Shown here: in pieces, positions 34,101 through 49,100 of the stretch
Layout: the number at the start of each line of letters is the position of its first letter
Numbering within the stretch: the stretch's first letter is position 1
Assembly: GCA_964016885.1 (NCBI GenBank)
Contig: OZ024757.1
Coordinates: 9,176,001-9,240,000, forward strand
Length of the DNA stretch: 64,000 nt
DNA from: Eledone cirrhosa
Lineage: Eukaryota
Direction: 5' to 3'
Notes under the pieces: model-generated
The model's database searches: none
Told to the model about the DNA's origin: nothing
What the model saw: the letters and a program-made list of their open reading frames with translations, nothing else
Translations under genes and position numbers: made by a program

Positions 34101-37100
34101 GCATTACCTCAGATGATAGTGTCCTCCACTAATGCAATACAACAGGGAATGTTGGTGTTGACCTCTAGTATTTCTGAGACACAGCATTACCTCAGGTGAT
34201 AGAGAGTCCTCCACTAATGGAATACAACAGGGAATGTTGGTGTTGACCTCTAGTATTTCTGAGACACAGCATTACCTCAGGTGATAGAGAGTCCTCCACT
34301 AATGCAATACAACAGGGAATGTTGGTGTTGACCTCTAGTATTTCTGAGACGCAGCATTACCTCAGATGATAGAGAGTCTCTCACTAATGCAATACAACAG
34401 GGAATGTTGGTGTTGACCTCTAGTATTTCTGAGACACAGCATTACCTCAGATGATAGAGTGTCCTCCACTAATGCAATACAACAGGGAATGTTGGTGTTG
34501 ACCTCTAGTATTTCTGAGACACAGCATTACCTCAGGTGATAAGGAGTCTCTCACTAATGCAATACAACAGGGAATGTTGGTGTTGACCTCTAGTATTTCT
34601 GAGACACAGCATTACCTCAGGTGATAGAGAGTCCTCCACTAATGCAATACAACAGGGAATGTTGGTGTTGACCTCTAGTATTTCTGAGACACAGCATTAC
34701 CTCAGATGATAGAGAGTCTCTCACTAATGCAATACAAGAGGGAATGTTGGTGTTGACCTCTAGTATTTCTGAGACAGCATTACCTCAGGTGATAAAGTCT
34801 CTCACTAATGCAATACAACAGGGAATGTTGGTGTTGACCTCTAGTATTTCTGAGACACAGCATTACTTCAGGTGATAGAGAGTCTCTCACTAATGCAATA
34901 CAACAGGGAATGTTGGTGTTGACCTCTAATATTTCTGAGACACAGCATTACCTCAGGTGATAGAGAGTCTCTCACTAATGCAATACAAGAGGGAATGTCG
35001 GTGTTGACCTCTAGTATTTCTGAGACACCGCATTACCTCAGGTGATTGAGTCTCTCACTAATGCAATACAACAGGGAATGTTGGTTTTGACCTCTAATAT
35101 TTCTGAGATACAGCATTACCTCAGGTGATAGAGGGTCCTCCACTAATGTAATACAACAGGGAATGTTGGTGTTGACCTCTAGTATTTCTGAGACACAGCA
35201 TTACCTCAGGTGATAGAGAGTCTCTCACTAATGCAATACAAGAGGGAATGTTGGTGTTGACCTCCAGTATTTCTGAGACACAGCATTACCTCAGGTGATA
35301 GAGGATCCTCCACTAATGCAATACAACAGGGAATGTTGGTGTTGACCTCTAGTATTTCTGAGACACAGCATTACCTCAGGTGATAGAGAGTCTCTCACTA
35401 ATGCAATACAACAGGGAATGTTGGTGTTGACCTCTAATATTTCTGAGACACAGCATTACCTCAGGTGATAGAGAGTCTCTCACTAATGCAATACAACAGG
35501 GAATGTTGGTTTTGACCTCTAGTATTTCTGAGACACCGCATTACCTCAGGTGATAGAGAGTCTCTCACTAATGCAATACAAGAGGGAATGTTGGTGTTGA
35601 CCTCCAGTATTTCTGAGACACAGCATTACCTCAGATGATAGAGTCTCTCACTAATGCAATACAACAGGGAATGTTGGTTTTGACCTCTAATATTTCTGAG
35701 ACACAGCATTACCTCAGGTGATAGAGGGTCCTCCACTAATGTAATACAACAGGGAATGTTGGTGTTGACCTCTAGTATTTCTGACACACAGCATTACCTC
35801 AGGTGATAGAGAGTCTCTCACTAATGCAATACAAGAGGGAATGTTGGTGTTGACCTCCAGTATTTCTGAGACACAGCATTACCTCAGGTGATAGAGGGTC
35901 CTCCACTAATGCAATACAACAGGGAATGTTGGTGTTGACCTCTAGTATTTCTGAGACACAGCATTACCTCAGGTGATAGAGAGTCTCTCACTAATGCAAT
36001 ACAACAGGGAATGTTGGTGTTGACCTCTAATATTTCTGAGACACAGCATTACCTCAGGTGATAGAGAGTCTCTCACTAATGCAATACAACAGGGAATGTT
36101 GGTTTTGACCTCTAGTATTTCTGAGACACCGCATTACCTCAGGTGATAGAGAGTCTCTCACTAATGCAATACAAGAGGGAATGTTGGTGTTGACCTCCAG
36201 TATTTCTGAGACACAGCATTACCTCAGGTGATAGAGTCTCTCACTAATGCAATACAACAGGGAATGTTGGTTTTGACCTCTAATATTTCTGAGACACAGC
36301 ATTACCTCAGGTGATAGAGGGTCCTCCACTAATGTAATACAACAGGGAATGTTGGTGTTGACCTCTAGTATTTCTGACACACAGCATTACCTCAGGTGAT
36401 AGAGAGTCTCTCACTAATGCAATACAAGAGGGAATGTTGGTGTTGACCTCTAGTATTTCTGAGACACAGCATTACCTCAGGTGATAGAGAGTCTCTCACT
36501 AATGCAATACAACAGGGAATGTTGGTGTTGACCTCTAATATTTCTGAGACACAGCATTACCTCAGGTGATAGAGAGTCTCTCACTAATGCAATACAACAT
36601 GGAATGTTGGTTTTGACCTCTAGTATTTCTGAGACACCGCATTACCTCAGGTGATAGAGAGTCTCTCACTAATGCAATACAAGAGGGAATGTTGGTGTTG
36701 ACCTCCAGTATTTCTGAGACACAGCATTACCTCAGATGATAGAGTCTCTCACTAATGCAATACAACAGGGAATGTTGGTTTTGACCTCTAATATTTCTGA
36801 GACACAGCATTACCTCAGGTGATAGAGGGTCCTCCACTAATGTAATACAACAGGGAATGTTGGTGTTGACCTCTAGTATTTCTGAGACACAGCATTACCT
36901 CAGGTGATAGAGAGTCTCTCACTAATGCAATACAACAGGGAATGTTGGTGTTGACCTCTAGTATTTCTGAGACACAGCATGACCTCAGATGATAGAGTGT
37001 CCTCCACTAATGCAATACAACAGGGAATGTTGGTGTTGACCTCTAGTATTTCTGAGACACAGCATTACCTCAGGTGATAAGGAGTCTCTCACTAATGCAA

Positions 37101-40100
37101 TACAACAGGGAATGTTGGTGTTGACCTCTAGTATTTCTGAGACACAGCATTACCTCAGGTGATAGAGAGTCCTCCACTAATGCAATACAACAGGGAATGT
37201 TGGTGTTGACCTCTAGTATTTCTGAGACACAGCATTACCTCAGGTGATAGAGAGTCTCTCACTAATGCAATACAACAGGGAATGTTGGTGTTGACCTCTA
37301 ATATTTCTGAGACACAGCATTACCTCAGGTGATAGAGAGTCTCTCACTAATGCAATACAACATGGAATGTTGGTTTTGACCTCTAGTATTTCTGAGACAC
37401 CGCATTACCTCAGGTGATAGAGAGTCTCTCACTAATGCAATACAAGAGGGAATGTTGGTGTTGACCTCCAGTATTTCTGAGACACAGCATTACCTCAGAT
37501 GATAGAGTCTCTCACTAATGCAATACAACAGGGAATGTTGGTTTTGACCTCTAATATTTCTGAGACACAGCATTACCTCAGGTGATAGAGGGTCCTCCAC
37601 TAATGTAATACAACAGGGAATGTTGGTGTTGACCTCTAGTATTTCTGAGACACAGCATTACCTCAGGTGATAGAGAGTCTCTCACTAATGCAATACAACA
37701 GGGAATGTTGGTGTTGACCTCTAGTATTTCTGAGACACAGCATGACCTCAGATGATAGAGTGTCCTCCACTAATGCAATACAACAGGGAATGTTGGTGTT
37801 GACCTCTAGTATTTCTGAGACACAGCATTACCTCAGGTGATAAGGAGTCTCTCACTAATGCAATACAACAGGGAATGTTGGTGTTGACCTCTAGTATTTC
37901 TGAGACACAGCATTACCTCAGGTGATAGAGAGTCCTCCACTAATGCAATACAACAGGGAATGTTGGTGTTGACCTCTAGTATTTCTGAGACACAGCATTA
38001 CCTCAGATGATAGAGAGTCTCTCACTAATGCAATACAAGAGGGAATGTTGCTGTTGACCTCTAGTATTTCTGAGACAGCATTACCTCAGGTGATAAAGTC
38101 TCTCACTAATGTAATACAACAGGGAATGTTGGTGTTGACCTCTAGTATTTCTGAGACACAGCATTACCTCAGGTGATAGAGAGTCTCCCACTAATGCAAT
38201 ACAACAGGGAATGTTGGTGTTGACCTCTAACATATCAGAGATAAGACAGCATTACCTCAGATAATAGAGGGTCCTCCACTAATGCAATACAACAGGGAAT
38301 GTTGGTGTTGACCTCTAGTATTTCTGAGACACAGCATTACCTCAGATGATAGAGAGTCTCCCACTAATGCAATACAACAGGGAATGTTGGTGTTGACCTC
38401 TAGTATTTCTGAGACACAGCATTACCTCAGATGATAGAGAGTCTCTCACTAATGCAATACAAGAGGGAATGTTGGTGTTGACCTCTAGTATTTCTGAGAC
38501 AGCATTACCTCAGGTGATAAGGAGTCTCTCACTAATGCAATACAACAGGGAATGTTGGTGTTGACCTGTAGTATTTCTGAGACACAGTATTACCTCAGAT
38601 GATAGAGAGTCTCTCACTAATGCAATGCAACAGGGAATGTTGGTGTTGACCTCTAGTATTTCTGAGACACAGCATTACCTCAGATGATAGTGTCCTCCAC
38701 TAATGGAATACAACAGGGAATGTTGGTGTTGACCTCTAGTATTTCTGAGACACAGCATTACCTCAGGTGATAGAGAGTCCTCCACTAATGCAATACAACA
38801 GGGAATGTTGGTGTTGACCTCTAGTATTTCTGAGACGCAGCATTACCTCAGATGATAGAGAGTCTCTCACTAATGCAATACAACAGGGAATGTTGGTGTT
38901 GACCTCTAGTATTTCTGAGACACAGCATTACCTCAGATGATAGAGTGTCCTCCACTAATGCAATACAACAGGGAATGTTGGTGTTGACCTCTAGTATTTC
39001 TGAGACACAGCATTACCTCAGGTGATAAGGAGTCTCTCACTAATGCAATACAACAGGGAATGTTGGTGTTGACCTCTAGTATTTCTGAGACACAGCATTA
39101 CCTCAGGTGATAGAGAGTCCTCCACTAATGCAATACAACAGGGAATGTTGGTGTTGACCTCTAGTATTTCTGAGACACAGCATTACCTCAGATGATAGAG
39201 AGTCTCTCACTAATGCAATACAAGAGGGAATGTTGGTGTTGACCTCTAGTATTTCTGAGACAGCATTACCTCAGGTGATAAAGTCTCTCACTAATGCAAT
39301 ACAACAGGGAATGTTGGTGTTGACCTCTAGTATTTCTGAGACACAGCATTACTTCAGGTGATAGAGAGTCTCTCACTAATGCAATACAACAGGGAATGTT
39401 GGTGTTGACCTCTAATATTTCTGAGACACAGCATTACCTCAGGTGATAGAGAGTCTCTCACTAATGCAATACAAGAGGGAATGTTGGTGTTGACCTCTAG
39501 TATTTCTGAGACACCGCATTACCTCAGGTGATAGAGTCTCTCACTAATGCAATACAACAGGGAATGTTGGTTTTGACCTCTAATATTTCTGAGATACAGC
39601 ATTACCTCAGGTGATAGAGGGTCCTCCACTAATGTAATACAACAGGGAATGTTGGTGTTGACCTCTAGTATTTCTGAGACACAGCATTACCTCAGGTGAT
39701 AGAGAGTCTCTCACTAATGCAATACAAGAGGGAATGTTGGTGTTGACCTCCAGTATTTCTGAGACACAGCATTACCTCAGGTGATAGAGGATCCTCCACT
39801 AATGCAATACAACAGGGAATGTTGGTGTTGACCTCTAGTATTTCTGAGACACAGCATTACCTCAGGTGATAGAGAGTCTCTCACTAATGCAATACAACAG
39901 GGAATGTTGGTGTTGACCTCTAATATTTCTGAGACACAGCATTACCTCAGGTGATAGAGAGTCTCTCACTAATGCAATACAACAGGGAATGTTGGTTTTG
40001 ACCTCTAGTATTTCTGAGACACCGCATTACCTCAGGTGATAGAGAGTCTCTCACTAATGCAATACAAGAGGGAATGTTGGTGTTGACCTCCAGTATTTCT

Positions 40101-43100
40101 GAGACACAGCATTACCTCAGATGATAGAGTCTCTCACTAATGCAATACAACAGGGAATGTTGGTTTTGACCTCTAATATTTCTGAGACACAGCATTACCT
40201 CAGGTGATAGAGGGTCCTCCACTAATGTAATACAACAGGGAATGTTGGTGTTGACCTCTAGTATTTCTGACACACAGCATTACCTCAGGTGATAGAGAGT
40301 CTCTCACTAATGCAATACAAGAGGGAATGTTGGTGTTGACCTCCAGTATTTCTGAGACACAGCATTACCTCAGGTGATAGAGGGTCCTCCACTAATGCAA
40401 TACAACAGGGAATGTTGGTGTTGACCTCTAGTATTTCTGAGACACAGCATTACCTCAGGTGATAGAGAGTCTCTCACTAATGCAATACAACAGGGAATGT
40501 TGGTGTTGACCTCTAATATTTCTGAGACACAGCATTACCTCAGGTGATAGAGAGTCTCTCACTAATGCAATACAACAGGGAATGTTGGTTTTGACCTCTA
40601 GTATTTCTGAGACACCGCATTACCTCAGGTGATAGAGAGTCTCTCACTAATGCAATACAAGAGGGAATGTTGGTGTTGACCTCCAGTATTTCTGAGACAC
40701 AGCATTACCTCAGGTGATAGAGTCTCTCACTAATGCAATACAACAGGGAATGTTGGTTTTGACCTCTAATATTTCTGAGACACAGCATTACCTCAGGTGA
40801 TAGAGGGTCCTCCACTAATGTAATACAACAGGGAATGTTGGTGTTGACCTCTAGTATTTCTGACACACAGCATTACCTCAGGTGATAGAGAGTCTCTCAC
40901 TAATGCAATACAAGAGGGAATGTTGGTGTTGACCTCTAGTATTTCTGAGACACAGCATTACCTCAGGTGATAGAGAGTCTCTCACTAATGCAATACAACA
41001 GGGAATGTTGGTGTTGACCTCTAATATTTCTGAGACACAGCATTACCTCAGGTGATAGAGAGTCTCTCACTAATGCAATACAACATGGAATGTTGGTTTT
41101 GACCTCTAGTATTTCTGAGACACCGCATTACCTCAGGTGATAGAGAGTCTCTCACTAATGCAATACAAGAGGGAATGTTGGTGTTGACCTCCAGTATTTC
41201 TGAGACACAGCATTACCTCAGATGATAGAGTCTCTCACTAATGCAATACAACAGGGAATGTTGGTTTTGACCTCTAATATTTCTGAGACACAGCATTACC
41301 TCAGGTGATAGAGGGTCCTCCACTAATGTAATACAACAGGGAATGTTGGTGTTGACCTCTAGTATTTCTGAGACACAGCATTACCTCAGGTGATAGAGAG
41401 TCTCTCACTAATGCAATACAACAGGGAATGTTGGTGTTGACCTCTAGTATTTCTGAGACACAGCATTACCTCAGGTGATAGAGAATCTGTCACTAATGCA
41501 ATACAACAGGGGATTTTGGTGTAGACCTCTAGTATTTCTGAGACACAGCATTACCTCAGGTGATAGAGGGTCCTCAACTAATGTAATACAACAGGGAATG
41601 TTGGTGTTGACCTCTAGTATTTCTGAGACACAGCATTACCTCAGATGATAGAGAGTCTCTCACTAATGCAATGCAACAGGGAATGTTGGTGTTGACCTCT
41701 AGTATTTCTGAGACACAGCATTACCTCAGATGATAGAGTGTCCTCCACTAATGCAATACAACAGGGAATGTTGGTGTTGACCTCTAGTATTTCTGAGACA
41801 CAGCATTACCTCAGGTGATAGAGAGTCCTCCACTAATGGAATACAACAGGGAATGTTGGTGTTGACCTCTAGTATTTCTGAGACACAGCATTACCTCAGG
41901 TGATAGAGAGTCCTCCACTAATGCAATACAACAGGGAATGTTGGTGTTGACCTCTAGTATTTCTGAGACGCAGCATTACCTCAGATGATAGAGAGTCTCT
42001 CACTAATGCAATACAACAGGGAATGTTGGTGTTGACCTCTAGTATTTCTGAGACACAGCATTACCTCAGATGATAGAGTGTCCTCCACTAATGCAATACA
42101 ACAGGGAATGTTGGTGTTGACCTCTAGTATTTCTGAGACACAGCATTACCTCAGGTGATAAGGAGTCTCTCACTAATGCAATACAACAGGGAATGTTGGT
42201 GTTGACCTCTAGTATTTCTGAGACACAGCATTACCTCAGGTGATAGAGAGTCCTCCACTAATGCAATACAACAGGGAATGTTGGTGTTGACCTCTAGTAT
42301 TTCTGAGACACAGCATTACCTCAGATGATAGAGAGTCTCTCACTAATGCAATACAAGAGGGAATGTTGGTGTTGACCTCTAGTATTTCTGAGACAGCATT
42401 ACCTCAGGTGATAAAGTCTCTCACTAATGTAATACAACAGGGAATGTTGGTGTTGACCTCTAGTATTTCTGAGACACAGCATTACCTCAGGTGATAGAGA
42501 GTCTCCCACTAATGCAATACAACAGGGAATGTTGGTGTTGACCTCTAACATATCAGAGATAAGACAGCATTACCTCAGATGATAGAGGGTCCTCCACTAA
42601 TGCAACACAACAGGGAATGTTGGTGTTGACCTCTAGTATTTCTGAGACACAGCATTACCTCAGATGATAGAGAGTCTCCCACTAATGCAATACAACAGGG
42701 AATGTTGGTGTTGACCTCTAGTATTTCTGAGACACAGCATTACCTCAGATGATAGAGAGTCTCTCACTAATGCAATACAAGAGGGAATGTTGGTGTTGAC
42801 CTCTAGTATTTCTGAGACAGCATTACCTCAGGTGATAAGGAGTCTCTCACTAATGCAATACAACAGGGAATGTTGGTGTTGACCTCTAGTATTTCTGAGA
42901 CACATCATTACCTCAGATGATAGAGAGTCTCTCACTAATGCAATGCAACAGGGAATGTTGGTGTTGACCTCTAGTATTTCTGAGACACAGCATTACCTCA
43001 GATGATAGTGTCCTCCACTAATGCAATACAACAGGGAATGTTGGTGTTGACCTCTAGTATTTCTGAGACACAGCATTACCTCAGGTGATAGAGAGTCCTC

Positions 43101-46100
43101 CACTAATGGAATACAACAGGGAATGTTGGTGTTGACCTCTAGTATTTCTGAGACACAGCATTACCTCAGGTGATAGAGAGTCCTCCACTAATGCAATACA
43201 ACAGGGAATGTTGGTGTTGACCTCTAGTATTTCTGAGACGCAGCATTACCTCAGATGATAGAGAGTCTCTCACTAATGCAATACAACAGGGAATGTTGGT
43301 GTTGACCTCTAGTATTTCTGAGACACAGCATTACCTCAGATGATAGAGTGTCCTCCACTAATGCAATACAACAGGGAATGTTGGTGTTGACCTCTAGTAT
43401 TTCTGAGACACAGCATTACCTCAGGTGATAAGGTGTCTCTCACTAATGCAATACAACAGGGAATGTTGGTGTTGACCTCTAGTATTTCTGAGACACAGCA
43501 TTACCTCAGGTGATAGAGAGTCCTCCACTAATGCAATACAACAGGGAATGTTGGTGTTGACCTCTAGTATTTCTGAGACACAGCATTACCTCAGATGATA
43601 GAGAGTCTCTCACTAATGCAATACAAGAGGGAATGTTGGTGTTGACCTCTAGTATTTCTGAGACAGCATTACCTCAGGTGATAAAGTCTCTCACTAATGC
43701 AATACAACAGGGAATGTTGGTGTTGACCTCTAGTATTTCTGAGACACAGCATTACTTCAGGTGATAGAGAGTCTCTCACTAATGCAATACAACAGGGAAT
43801 GTTGGTGTTGACCTCTAATATTTCTGAGACACAGCATTACCTCAGGTGATAGAGAGTCTCTCACTAATGCAATACAAGAGGGAATGTTGGTGTTGACCTC
43901 TAGTATTTCTGAGACACCGCATTACCTCAGGTGATAGAGTCTCTCACTAATGCAATACAACAGGGAATGTTGGTTTTGACCTCTAATATTTCTGAGATAC
44001 AGCATTACCTCAGGTGATAGAGGGTCCTCCACTAATGTAATACAACAGGGAATGTTGGTGTTGACCTCTAGTATTTCTGAGACACAGCATTACCTCAGGT
44101 GATAGAGAGTCTCTCACTAATGCAATACAACAGGGAATGTTGGTTTTGACCTCTAGTATTTCTGAGACACCGCATTACCTCAGGTTATAGAGAGTCTCTC
44201 ACTAATGCAATACAAGAGGGAATGTTGGTGTTGACCTCCAGTATTTCTGAGACACAGCATTACCTCAGGTGATAGAGTCTCTCACTAATGCAATACAACA
44301 GGGAATGTTGGTTTTGACCTCTAATATTTCTGAGACACAGCATTACCTCAGGTGATAGAGGGTCCTCCACTAATGTAATACAACAGGGAATGTTGGTGTT
44401 GACCTCTAGTATTTCTGACACACAGCATTACCTCAGGTGATAGAGAGTCTCTCACTAATGCAATACAAGAGGGAATGTTGGTGTTGACCTCTAGTATTTC
44501 TGAGACACAGCATTACCTCAGGTGATAGAGAGTCTCTCACTAATGCAATACAACAGGGAATGTTGGTGTTGACCTCTAATATTTCTGAGACACAGCATTA
44601 CCTCAGGTGATAGAGAGTCTCTCACTAATGCAATACAACATGGAATGTTGGTTTTGACCTCTAGTATTTCTGAGACACCGCATTACCTCAGGTGATAGAG
44701 AGTCTCTCACTAATGCAATACAAGAGGGAATGTTGGTGTTGACCTCCAGTATTTCTGAGACACAGCATTACCTCAGATGATAGAGTCTCTCACTAATGCA
44801 ATACAACAGGGAATGTTGGTTTTGACCTCTAATATTTCTGAGACACAGCATTACCTCAGGTGATAGAGGGTCCTCCACTAATGTAATACAACAGGGAATG
44901 TTGGTGTTGACCTCTAGTATTTCTGAGACACAGCATTACCTCAGGTGATAGAGAGTCTCTCACTAATGCAATACAACAGGGAATGTTGGTGTTGACCTCT
45001 AGTATTTCTGAGACACAGCATTACCTCAGGTGATAGAGAATCTGTCACTAATGCAATACAACAGGGGATTTTGGTGTAGACCTCTAGTATTTCTGAGACA
45101 CAGCATTACCTCAGGTGATAGAGGGTCCTCAACTAATGTAATACAACAGGGAATGTTGGTGTTGACCTCTAGTATTTCTGAGACACAGCATTACCTCAGA
45201 TGATAGAGAGTCTCTCACTAATGCAATGCAACAGGGAATGTTGGTGTTGACCTCTAGTATTTCTGAGACACAGCATTACCTCAGATGATAGAGTGTCCTC
45301 CACTAATGCAATACAACAGGGAATGTTGGTGTTGACCTCTAGTATTTCTGAGACACAGCATTACCTCAGGTGATAGAGAGTCCTCCACTAATGGAATACA
45401 ACAGGGAATGTTGGTGTTGACCTCTAGTATTTCTGAGACACAGCATTACCTCAGGTGATAGAGAGTCCTCCACTAATGCAATACAACAGGGAATGTTGGT
45501 GTTGACCTCTAGTATTTCTGAGACACAGCATTACCTCAGATGATAGAGTGTCCTCCACTAATGCAATACAACAGGGAATGTTGGTATTGACCTCTAGTAT
45601 TTCTGAGACACAGCATTACCTCAGGTGATAAGGAGTCTCTCACTAATGCAATACAACAGGGAATGTTGGTGTTGACCTCTAGTATTTCTGAGACACAGCA
45701 TTACCTCAGGTGATAGAGAGTCCTCCACTAATGCAATACAACAGGGAATGTTGGTGTTGACCTCTAGTATTTCTGAGACACAGCATTACCTCAGATGATA
45801 GAGAGTCTCTCACTAATGCAATACAAGAGGGAATGTTGGTGTTGACCTCTAGTATTTCTGAGACAGCATTACCTCAGGTGATAAAGTCTCTCACTAATGT
45901 AATACAACAGGGAATGTTGGTGTTGACCTCTAGTATTTCTGAGACACAGCATTACCTCAGGTGATAGAGAGTCTCCCACTAATGCAATACAACAGGGAAT
46001 GTTGGTGTTGACCTCTAACATATCAGAGATAAGACAGCATTACCTCAGATGATAGAGGGTCCTCCACTAATGCAACACAACAGGGAATGTTGGTGTTGAC

Positions 46101-49100
46101 CTCTAGTATTTCTGAGACACAGCATTACCTCAGATGATAGAGAGTCTCCCACTAATGCAATACAACAGGGAATGTTGGTGTTGACCTCTAGTATTTCTGA
46201 GACACAGCATTACCTCAGATGATAGAGAGTCTCTCACTAATGCAATACAAGAGGGAATGTTGGTGTTGACCTCTAGTATTTCTGAGACAGCATTACCTCA
46301 GGTGATAAGGAGTCTCTCACTAATGCAATACAACAGGGAATGTTGGTGTTGACCTCTAGTATTTCTGAGACACAGCATTACCTCAGATGATAGAGAGTCT
46401 CTCACTAATGCAATGCAACAGGGAATGTTGGTGTTGACCTCTAGTATTTCTGAGACACAGCATTACCTCAGATGATAGTGTCCTCCACTAATGCAATACA
46501 ACAGGGAATGTTGGTGTTGACCTCTAGTATTTCTGAGACACAGCATTACCTCAGGTGATAGAGAGTCCTCCACTAATGGAATACAACAGGGAATGTTGGT
46601 GTTGACCTCTAGTATTTCTGAGACACAGCATTACCTCAGGTGATAGAGAGTCCTCCACTAATGCAATACAACAGGGAATGTTGGTGTTGACCTCTAGTAT
46701 TTCTGAGACGCAGCATTACCTCAGATGATAGAGAGTCTCTCACTAATGCAATACAACAGGGAATGTTGGTGTTGACCTCTAGTATTTCTGAGACACAGCA
46801 TTACCTCAGATGATAGAGTGTCCTCCACTAATGCAATACAACAGGGAATGTTGGTGTTGACCTCTAGTATTTCTGAGACACAGCATTACCTCAGGTGATA
46901 AGGAGTCTCTCACTAATGCAATACAACAGGGAATGTTGGTGTTGACCTCTAGTATTTCTGAGACACAGCATTACCTCAGGTGATAGAGAGTCCTCCACTA
47001 ATGCAATACAACAGGGAATGTTGGTGTTGACCTCTAGTATTTCTGAGACACAGCATTACCTCAGATGATAGAGAGTCTCTCACTAATGCAATACAAGAGG
47101 GAATGTTGGTGTTGACCTCTAGTATTTCTGAGACAGCATTACCTCAGGTGATAAAGTCTCTCACTAATGCAATACAACAGGGAATGTTGGTGTTGACCTC
47201 TAGTATTTCTGAGACACAGCATTACTTCAGGTGATAGAGAGTCCTCCACTAATGGAATACAACAGGGAATGTTGGTGTTGACCTCTAATATTTCTGAGAC
47301 ACAGCATTACCTCAGGTGATAGAGAGTCTCTCACTAATGCAATACAAGAGGGAATGTTGGTGTTGACCTCTAGTATTTCTGAGACACCGCATTACCTCAG
47401 GTGATAGAGTCTCTCACTAATGCAATACAACAGGGAATGTTGGTTTTGACCTCTAATATTTCTGAGATACAGCATTACCTCAGGTGATAGAGGGTCCTCC
47501 ACTAATGTAATACAACAGGGAATGTTGGTGTTGACCTCTAGTATTTCTGAGACACAGCATTACCTCAGGTGATAGAGAGTCTCTCACTAATGCAATACAA
47601 CAGGGAATGTTGGTTTTGACCTCTAGTATTTCTGAGACACCGCATTACCTCAGGTGATAGAGAGTCTCTCACTAATGCAATACAAGAGGGAATGTTGGTG
47701 TTGACCTCCAGTATTTCTGAGACACAGCATTACCTCAGGTGATAGAGTCTCTCACTAATGCAATACAACAGGGAATGTTGGTTTTGACCTCTAATATTTC
47801 TGAGACACAGCATTACCTCAGGTGATAGAGGGTCCTCCACTAATGTAATACAACAGGGAATGTTGGTGTTGACCTCTAGTATTTCTGACACACAGCATTA
47901 CCTCAGGTGATAGAGAGTCTCTCACTAATGCAATACAAGAGGGAATGTTGGTGTTGACCTCTAGTATTTCTGAGACACAGCATTACCTCAGGTGATAGAG
48001 AGTCTCTCACTAATGCAATACAACAGGGAATGTTGGTGTTGACCTCTAATATTTCTGAGACACAGCATTACCTCAGGTGATAGAGAGTCTCTCACTAATG
48101 CAATACAACATGGAATGTTGGTTTTGACCTCTAGTATTTCTGAGACACCGCATTACCTCAGGTGATAGAGAGTCTCTCACTAATGCAATACAAGAGGGAA
48201 TGTTGGTGTTGACCTCCAGTATTTCTGAGACACAGCATTACCTCAGATGATAGAGTCTCTCACTAATGCAATACAACAGGGAATGTTGGTTTTGACCTCT
48301 AATATTTCTGAGACACAGCATTACCTCAGGTGATAGAGGGTCCTCCACTAATGTAATACAACAGGGAATGTTGGTGTTGACCTCTAGTATTTCTGAGACA
48401 CAGCATTACCTCAGGTGATAGAGAGTCTCTCACTAATGCAATACAACAGGGAATGTTGGTGTTGACCTCTAGTATTTCTGAGACACAGCATTACCTCAGG
48501 TGATAGAGAATCTGTCACTAATGCAATACAACAGGGGATTTTGGTGTAGACCTCTAGTATTTCTGAGACACAGCATTACCTCAGGTGATAGAGGGTCCTC
48601 AACTAATGTAATACAACAGGGAATGTTGGTGTTGACCTCTAGTATTTCTGAGACACAGCATTACCTCAGATGATAGAGAGTCTCTCACTAATGCAATGCA
48701 ACAGGGAATGTTGGTGTTGACCTCTAGTATTTCTGAGACACAGCATTACCTCAGATGATAGAGTGTCCTCCACTAATGCAATACAACAGGGAATGTTGGT
48801 GTTGACCTCTAGTATTTCTGAGACACAGCATTACCTCAGGTGATAGAGAGTCCTCCACTAATGGAATACAACAGGGAATGTTGGTGTTGACCTCTAGTAT
48901 TTCTGAGACACAGCATTACCTCAGGTGATAGAGAGTCCTCCACTAATGCAATACAACAGGGAATGTTGGTGTTGACCTCTAGTATTTCTGAGACGCAGCA
49001 TTACCTCAGATGATAGAGAGTCTCTCACTAATGCAATACAACAGGGAATGTTGGTGTTGACCTCTAGTATTTCTGAGACACAGCATTACCTCAGATGATA

